NCBI GenBank assembly: GCA_023447015.1
Contig: JAEXPG010000059.1
Span: 1 to 34,808, forward strand
Length of the DNA: 34,808 bases
Direction: 5' to 3'
From: Verrucomicrobiota bacterium
GTDB taxonomy: Bacteria; Verrucomicrobiota; Verrucomicrobiia; Opitutales; Opitutaceae
Position 1 is the stretch's first letter; the number at the start of each line of letters is the position of its first letter. The notes beneath the pieces were generated by a model. It was not told the DNA's origin, ran no database searches, and worked only from the letters and a program-made list of their open reading frames with translations. The position numbers and the translations under genes were made by a program. Of the stretch, positions 31,234 through 34,808 are shown in pieces.

Positions 31234-32316
31234 ATGCATACCCAGATTTTCAACGAGTTGCTCAAGCTCGGCGTCGAGACCGGAGCGAGCGATTGCATCA
31301 TCAAGACCAACAAGGTCGGCTTCCTCCGCATCAGCGGGCGCCTCAAGCCCGTGGATATGGAACCGATCCCGCGGCACATCATCCAGGCCTTCGTCGACGA
31401 GTACGTGCCGTTCGTCTTCAAGCCGCAGTGGGACACCGATGGCCAGATCGACTTCGCCTACACGGCCGAGAACATCGGGCGCTTCCGCGTCAACGCCTTC
31501 CAGCAGCGCGGCTCGATCTCGGTGGTCTTCCGTCACATCAAGAGCCACATCCCGACCTTCGCGGATCTCAACCTCCAGCCCGACCGACTGGTCAAGCTGG
31601 CGCAGGTCAAGGACGGCCTGGTCCTGGTCTGCGGGCCCACCGGCTCGGGCAAGAGCTCGACGATGGCGTCGATGCTCAACTGGATTAACCAGAACCTCGA
31701 GCGGCACATCGTCACGATGGAGGACCCGATCGAGTTCACGTTCCAGGACGGCAAGTCGATCTTCAACCAGCGCGAGATCGGCATCGACACCCCGAGCTTC
31801 TCGTTGGCTGTGCGCTCGGTGCTCCGCCAGAACCCCGACATCATCCTGATCGGTGAGATGCGCGACGCCGTCTCGCTCGAGACGGCGCTCTCCGCGGCCG
31901 AGACCGGTCACTTGGTCATCACCACGCTCCACTCGGCCAACGTCCAGCAGTCGCTGAACCGTATCTTCGAATTCTTCCCGCACGAGGCCCACGAGCAGAT
32001 CCGCCGCCAGCTCTCCGCGGTCGTGAAGGGCGTCGTCTGCCAGAAGCTCGTGCCGGCCCTCGAAGGCGGTGGCCGCTACGCCGCGCAGGAGGTGCTCATG
32101 GTCGATTCGACCGCCCGCAACCTGATCCTCGAGGGACATTTCGACAAGGTGCAGGCCCTTCTCGAGGCCACGACCGAATCGAACTCGATCTCCTTCAACA
32201 AGGACCTCTACCGCCTCATCAAAGAGGGCAAGATCGCCAAGAGCGACGGTCTCCGCGTCTCGCCGAATCCACAGGCGCTGGAGATGAACCTCAAGGGCAT
32301 CTTCATCCGGACCTGA
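31234..32316 (+). CDS. pilT: Type IV pilus retraction ATPase (PilT/PilU family)
   Basis: 360 aa with no N-terminal GspE-type extension. Walker A: GPTGSGKSST. Also MEDPIEF, DIILIGEMRD and TGHLVITTLHS. The PilT-type helix region is STARNLILEG. Confidence 0.9.
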   Translation: MHTQIFNELLKLGVETGASDCIIKTNKVGFLRISGRLKPVDMEPIPRHIIQAFVDEYVPFVFKPQWDTDGQIDFAYTAENIGRFRVNAFQQRGSISVVFRHIKSHIPTFADLNLQPDRLVKLAQVKDGLVLVCGPTGSGKSSTMASMLNWINQNLERHIVTMEDPIEFTFQDGKSIFNQREIGIDTPSFSLAVRSVLRQNPDIILIGEMRDAVSLETALSAAETGHLVITTLHSANVQQSLNRIFEFFPHEAHEQIRRQLSAVVKGVVCQKLVPALEGGGRYAAQEVLMVDSTARNLILEGHFDKVQALLEATTESNSISFNKDLYRLIKEGKIAKSDGLRVSPNPQALEMNLKGIFIRT

Positions 32317-32762
32317 CGGCCGGTTGGTCGCGATGCCGCGAGCGCTTCGGTTCTGGACGATCGGTTCTGCTGGGATCGTTGCGCTCGTCCCCGCCTTCGC
32401 CATCTGCACGCACCGCGTTTGAGGGCTGTAGCCATTCCGCGCAGATCCGCGTCGCGGAGCGGGGAGGGGACGCGATCCGATTCCTGACCGCCGCGCGGAC
32501 GACTATCAGCGGTGGTATGGCCTTGGTTTCACCTTCTGGGTTCTGGTGGGAGTTCACCGCGCAGGGTTTGGCCTCGTCGCGGGAGTGCTTTGATCGGTCC
32601 GGCGAAATCGAGCCACGACCACGCAGACCAAGACTCCACAATAGGTGGACTTCCCCGGCTCGCCCGTCGCGTTTCCCGTCAGCCGCGACCGCAAGCCGAA
32701 TTGCACCCCGAACTTCGGACTTGGTTTTTGGGCTCCCGGCCCTTTCCTCAGCCCTTTCTCAC

Positions 32763-33671
32763 ATGTCACTCGCCCTCATTTTCTCCGGTCAAGGAGCCCA
32801 GAAGGTCGGCATGGGCAAAAGCCTCGCCGACAATTCCGCCACCGCCGCGCGGATCTACGCCCGCGCCAACGAGGTGCTGGGCTGGGACCTGGCCAAGATG
32901 TGCTTTGAAGGCCCGGACGAGCTGCTCGTCCCGACCCGCGTGTGCCAGCCGGCGCTCTTCGTCCCCGGCTACACGCTCTATTCGCTCCTTCAGGAGCAGG
33001 GGCGCCTCGGCGACCTCACGACCGCCATGGGCCTGAGTTTGGGCGAGGTCACCGCGCTCACGGTGGCCGGCGTGTTCGATTTCGACACCGGTCTGCGGGT
33101 GGTCGCCGAGCGCGGCCGCCTCATGCAGGTCGCCTGCGAAGCCACCCGCGGCGGCATGGCCTCGATCATCGGCGAGGACCTCGCCAAGATCACCGACCTC
33201 TGCCACGAGTTCGACATCGAGGTCGCCAACCTCAATTGCCCCGGCCAGGTCGTCGTTTCCGGCGAGAAGACCAAGGTCGACGCCTGCGTGACCGCCGCCA
33301 AGGAGCGCGGCATGAAGAAGGTCATTCCTCTCAACGTCGCCGGCGCCTACCACAGCCGCCTGATGGAGCCGGCCCGCGCCGAGTTCGCCAAGTTCCTCCA
33401 GACCGTCCAGTTCAACGCCCCGAAGCTGAAGGTGCTCACGAACGTCACCGGCAAGCAGGTCACGTCGCCCGACGAGATCCGCGAGATGCTGATCCGTCAG
33501 GTCGTGTCCTCCGTGCGTTGGGAGGATTGCATGCGCGAGGCCGCCGTGCTCGGCGCCACCGAGTTCTGGGAGTGCGGCCCGGGGGCCGTGCTCGCCGGCC
33601 TCGCCCGCCGCATCAACAAGGAGTGGCCCGCCAAGACCTTCAACGAGTTCGCCGATCTCTCCGCGGCCTGA
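32763..33671 (+). CDS. fabD: Malonyl CoA-acyl carrier protein transacylase
   Basis: I chose the ATG at 32763 (MSLALIFSGQGAQKVGMG). Active-site region: GLSLGEVTAL. Also RGRLMQ and VAGAYHSRLM. Confidence 0.93.
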   Translation: MSLALIFSGQGAQKVGMGKSLADNSATAARIYARANEVLGWDLAKMCFEGPDELLVPTRVCQPALFVPGYTLYSLLQEQGRLGDLTTAMGLSLGEVTALTVAGVFDFDTGLRVVAERGRLMQVACEATRGGMASIIGEDLAKITDLCHEFDIEVANLNCPGQVVVSGEKTKVDACVTAAKERGMKKVIPLNVAGAYHSRLMEPARAEFAKFLQTVQFNAPKLKVLTNVTGKQVTSPDEIREMLIRQVVSSVRWEDCMREAAVLGATEFWECGPGAVLAGLARRINKEWPAKTFNEFADLSAA

Positions 33672-33693
33672 CGCCCGGCCGACACCGCCCAGC

Positions 33694-34808
33694 ATGGACG
33701 TCTCCCTCAAGCGCAACTTCTGCATCATCGCCCACGTCGACCACGGCAAGACGACGCTGTCCGACCGGCTGCTCGAGTACACCAGCACCGTTTCCAAACG
33801 CGTGCTGCAGGCCCAGCATCTCGACTCGATGGACCTCGAGCGCGAGCGCGGCATCACCATCAAGTCGCATCCGGTCACGATGCAGTACACGGCCAAGGAT
33901 GGTAAGACCTACCAGCTCGGCCTGATGGACACCCCCGGCCATGTGGACTTCAACTACGAGGTCTCGCGCTCGCTCGCCGCGTGCGAGGGCGCCGCGCTCC
34001 TGATCGACGCCTCCCAAGGCGTCGAGGCGCAGACCGTCGCCAACGCCCATCTCGCCTTCGGCCAGAACCTCAAGGTCGTGCCGGTCATCAACAAGATCGA
34101 CCTGCCCAGCGCCAACCTCGAGCTCTGCCTGCGCCAGATGGAGGACATCCTCACCATCTCGCACGACGAGGCCATCCTCGCCCGCGGCAAGTCCGGCATC
34201 GGCATCGTGGACATCCTCGAGGCCGTCGTCGCACGCGTGCCGCCACCGCGTTGGACCGAGTACCCGGCCGCCCGCATCCTGGTGTTTGACTCGATGTACG
34301 ACACCTACCGCGGTGTGATCGCCTACGTCCGCGTGTTCTCCGGCTCGATCAAGGCCGGCGATTTAGCCCTCCTGATGTCGAACAACATCAAGTTTGAGGT
34401 GAAGGAAGTCGGCACGTTCAACCCGAAGATGGAGGTCACTGACATCCTTGAGGCGGGCGACGTGGGCTATGTCGTCTGCAACATCAAGGCCGTCGCCGAC
34501 ATCCGCACGGGCGACACCATCACGTTGGCCAACAAGCCGGCCACCGAGATGCTCCCGGGCTACAAGGAAGTCCGCCCGATGGTGTTCAGCGGCATCTATC
34601 CGATCGACACCTCGGACTTCGAGAAGCTCCGCACCGCGCTGGGCAAGCTCCAGCTCAACGACTCCGCCTTCCAGTACCAGGCCGAGAGCTCCGTCGCGCT
34701 CGGCTTCGGCTTCCGTTGCGGCTTCCTCGGGCTGCTCCACATGGAGATCGTCATCGAGCGCATCCGCCGCGAGTACGATGTCGACATCATCTCCACGTAC
34801 CCGAGCGT
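33694..34808 (+). CDS. lepA: Translation elongation factor 4 (LepA), 3'-truncated by the window edge
   Basis: This ORF is absent from the supplied track because it stays open to the window end. My own translation from the ATG at 33694 gives MDVSLKRNFCIIAHVDHGKTTLSDRLLEYT...DSMDLERERGITIK...LMDTPGHVDFNYEVSRSLAACEGAALLIDASQGVEAQT...VINKIDLP. Confidence 0.93.
   Translation, partial: MDVSLKRNFCIIAHVDHGKTTLSDRLLEYTSTVSKRVLQAQHLDSMDLERERGITIKSHPVTMQYTAKDGKTYQLGLMDTPGHVDFNYEVSRSLAACEGAALLIDASQGVEAQTVANAHLAFGQNLKVVPVINKIDLPSANLELCLRQMEDILTISHDEAILARGKSGIGIVDILEAVVARVPPPRWTEYPAARILVFDSMYDTYRGVIAYVRVFSGSIKAGDLALLMSNNIKFEVKEVGTFNPKMEVTDILEAGDVGYVVCNIKAVADIRTGDTITLANKPATEMLPGYKEVRPMVFSGIYPIDTSDFEKLRTALGKLQLNDSAFQYQAESSVALGFGFRCGFLGLLHMEIVIERIRREYDVDIISTYPS

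Noticed and set aside
33030-33047. FabD active-site motif reads GLSLGE instead of GHSLGE
   Set aside because: Leu at this position is a natural variant I recall from other bacterial FabD proteins. The Ser nucleophile, the Arg (RGRLMQ) and the His (AYHS) are present, so there is no sign of inactivation.
1-34808. Search for CRISPR arrays, IS elements or transposases, toxin-antitoxin pairs, phage genes and rRNA
   Set aside because: I saw no spaced direct repeats, terminal inverted repeats, DDE or serine/tyrosine recombinase signatures, or rRNA-like segments. The only repeats are the short in-frame ones reported as features.

Overview
High-GC bacterial chromosomal window, probably PVC superphylum and Opitutaceae-like; that placement is an impression from protein signatures, not a search result. 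All calls come from motif recognition in the supplied translations and from reading the DNA. No BLAST or HMM search was possible. Layout: (1) nt 2-9436 holds eight tightly overlapping + strand genes for a compact type IV filament (T2SS/T4P-like) machine: GspE/MshE-type ATPase, GspF platform, one prepilin-type protein, a PilM-PilN (GspL-like) fusion, a PilO/GspM-like protein, a PilP/GspC-like protein and a secretin. The last cistron is a REC-GGDEF-HD-GYP response regulator. The ATPase N-terminus carries a textbook tandem MshEN c-di-GMP-binding motif, so the operon appears to encode both a c-di-GMP sensor and c-di-GMP turnover enzymes. This is the most interesting system in the window. (2) nt 9437-10072 is a 636-nt AT-richer non-coding gap with three stacked hairpins ending in a minus-strand intrinsic terminator (candidate sRNA) and a perfect inverted repeat. 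An orphan sigma54-dependent response regulator follows it. (3) nt 11628-16246 holds envelope genes and uncharacterised genes: VanY/M15 peptidase, a polytopic membrane protein, a TM-anchored coiled-coil protein, a small protein, Pal/OmpA lipoprotein, a NarL-type regulator and tRNA-Lys(UUU). (4) nt 16488-27122 is a TonB-dependent carbohydrate utilisation locus: LacI regulator, TBDR, GPH/MFS symporter, a 1224-aa secreted GH43 fused to a large uncharacterised module, and a leaderless GH28. (5) The rest holds an ECF sigma/anti-sigma pair, a dapA-dapB-ruvA operon, an orphan pilT, fabD and the 5' part of lepA. No CRISPR array, transposase, integrase or rRNA was seen. The many long ORFs antisense to these genes are high-GC artefacts.
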